NCBI RefSeq assembly: GCF_963921235.1 | Contig: NC_086097.1 | Location: forward strand, 11,718,001 to 11,782,000 | Reading direction: 5' to 3' | DNA: 64,000 bases | DNA from: Mobula hypostoma | Taxonomy: Eukaryota | Part shown: piece after piece, positions 62,551-64,000 of the stretch | How the letters are laid out: each line of letters opens with the position of its first letter | Numbering within the stretch: the stretch's first letter is position 1 | Notes under the pieces: generated by a model | What the model was told of the DNA's origin: nothing | What the model saw: only the letters and a program-made list of their open reading frames with translations | The model's database searches: none | Made by a program: the position numbers and the translations under genes

Positions 62551-63754
62551 GTAATATCTACAATTGGTATCATTCCAAATTCACTACATAACAGCATTAA
62601 ACAATTAGGGTTACGCAGCAATATTTACGTAAATCTCCAGAAAACCACAATAATGAACACCGCTAGAATAGTCCGAAATATCCTAGCCACTGAGAAATGA
62701 GCCTGTACCTCAGGTTTTACCACTTTGAGCCGAGAAATAAAAACACAATATTAAAAAAGTTAACATTATTCTGCATTCATTAGGATGGATACAAAAATAA
62801 CTGATGAAGCATGCTGTGAAGTTCAAAACTTATTCAACTGAGGTGCTGAAGACTGAATAAAAACTCTAGTACAATATGATGGCTAACAAATATCAAGATC
62901 ACCAAGAGTGGTTAACGTCATTACCAGCACAGGAGAACGAAATAATTGTTACTTAGGATCCAATGCAGTACATAAATCTCAATAAAGAACACAATAATAA
63001 AATAGTAACAAATATAAATACAGAAGATAGCTCATATACATTGATTGTACGTCTGTAAAGTGATGCTAAACACAGGAGTGTTTGTACATAAACTGACTGA
63101 CAGGAAATGATAAAGTAGTTGTGATAGAGGGTGAGGAGGGGTGGGTGAGTTAGTGGGTGATATGTAGCCTCATCTCTGATGGAAGAGGGACAAACAGCCC
63201 ATGAGCAGAGTGGATGTCACCTTTCTGTATACATGTCCTTGATGGTGGGTAGGCTGTAATATTTGTGGCTGTGATAATAGGCAAATAATTATGAACATGT
63301 CATATTGGCGCCAGAAGTATGGTGACACCTAGAACTTAGATTGTGTTGGTTATTGACACAAACAATGCATTTTACTGTGTGTTTTGATATTCATGTGACA
63401 AATGAAGTTAATCTTATTTAAATAGATCTATCAATGATAATCAACAATAATCCTGATGCATTGAACTTTGAACTTTGATCATTGACAATCTCTTTGCCTC
63501 CACAAATGTTGCTCAGCCTGGTAAGCTCTTTAGTCTATTTTATTTTCTTCCCCATGATTACCACATCTGCAATCCTTTAGCCTGAGCTACAAATGGGAAT
63601 AGACTACACAAACCGGCCAGATCGACACAAATGGAAAGCAAGACTATAACATTGTGTTCAGCATGGATACTTTACAATGGCACTTAGTTGTGCTATTCAG
63701 AAAGTGTGCAGAAGTATGCAAAATACAGATTATAATGCCAATTCTTAAAGATAA

Positions 63755-64000
63755 AGATTAGCTTTATTTGTCACATGTACATCAAATCATCAAATCATAC
63801 AATGAATGTGTTGTTTTTGACAAATAAAATCAAGAAGGATTGTGGTGTGTAGCCCACAAGTGTTGCCATGTATCATCAGTAACACCACAGCATGTCCATA
63901 ATTCACTAACCCTCACCCTAACCGTAACCGTACATCTTCAGTATGTGGGAGGAGCCCAGAGCACCTAGCACCTAGGGGAAACTCACATGGTCATGGGAAG
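63755..64000 (-). mobile_element. SINE with V-domain body and a non-CR1 tail (runs off the window)
   Basis: V-like core at 63925-64000 joined to the tail family also seen at 17415-17490, 33000-33150 and 63305-63415. Confidence 0.5.

Larger units (their letters stand above)
59771..62745 (+). mobile_element. R4/Dong (Rex6-like) LINE: RT, CCHC and restriction-like endonuclease, degenerate
   Basis: PIRCLQTIYK, EEQRGC, GCEEQLIID, DYQKAFD; TIQHI, HRHNQVA; NCPDII...LIDIAIP...KYAEL; ends TARIVRNIL. Confidence 0.8.

Overview
Eukaryotic DNA, almost entirely decayed and nested transposable elements, with no host protein-coding gene that I can support. The repeat repertoire suggests a cartilaginous fish, probably a ray (inference): abundant CR1, Rex1/Babar, RTE, Penelope-like elements, V-SINE/HE1-like SINEs and a Deu-domain SINE relic. 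The first 14.4 kb is a degenerate G-rich 17/25-bp satellite, split by a roughly 5.4-kb stack of LINE/Penelope insertions and by a Gypsy element with both LTRs and a 5-bp target-site duplication (TSD). The rest holds CR1, RTE, Rex1, L1, R4/Dong, Penelope, Gypsy (PNMA-like gag), Chapaev3, Tigger, Tc1 and hAT remnants. The most notable signals are catalytic-RNA folds carried by retroelements: about a dozen minimal type I hammerhead motifs in Penelope 3' ends, and a complete HDV-like nested double pseudoknot with an unusually long L3 loop at the 5' end of a short RTE-derived element (44.6-44.8 kb). There are also twin-priming-type 5' inversions in RTE and Penelope copies, and an R4/Dong element scattered over about 12.6 kb. 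All family calls are from motif recognition by eye, and boundaries are approximate unless a TSD or terminal inverted repeat (TIR) is cited.
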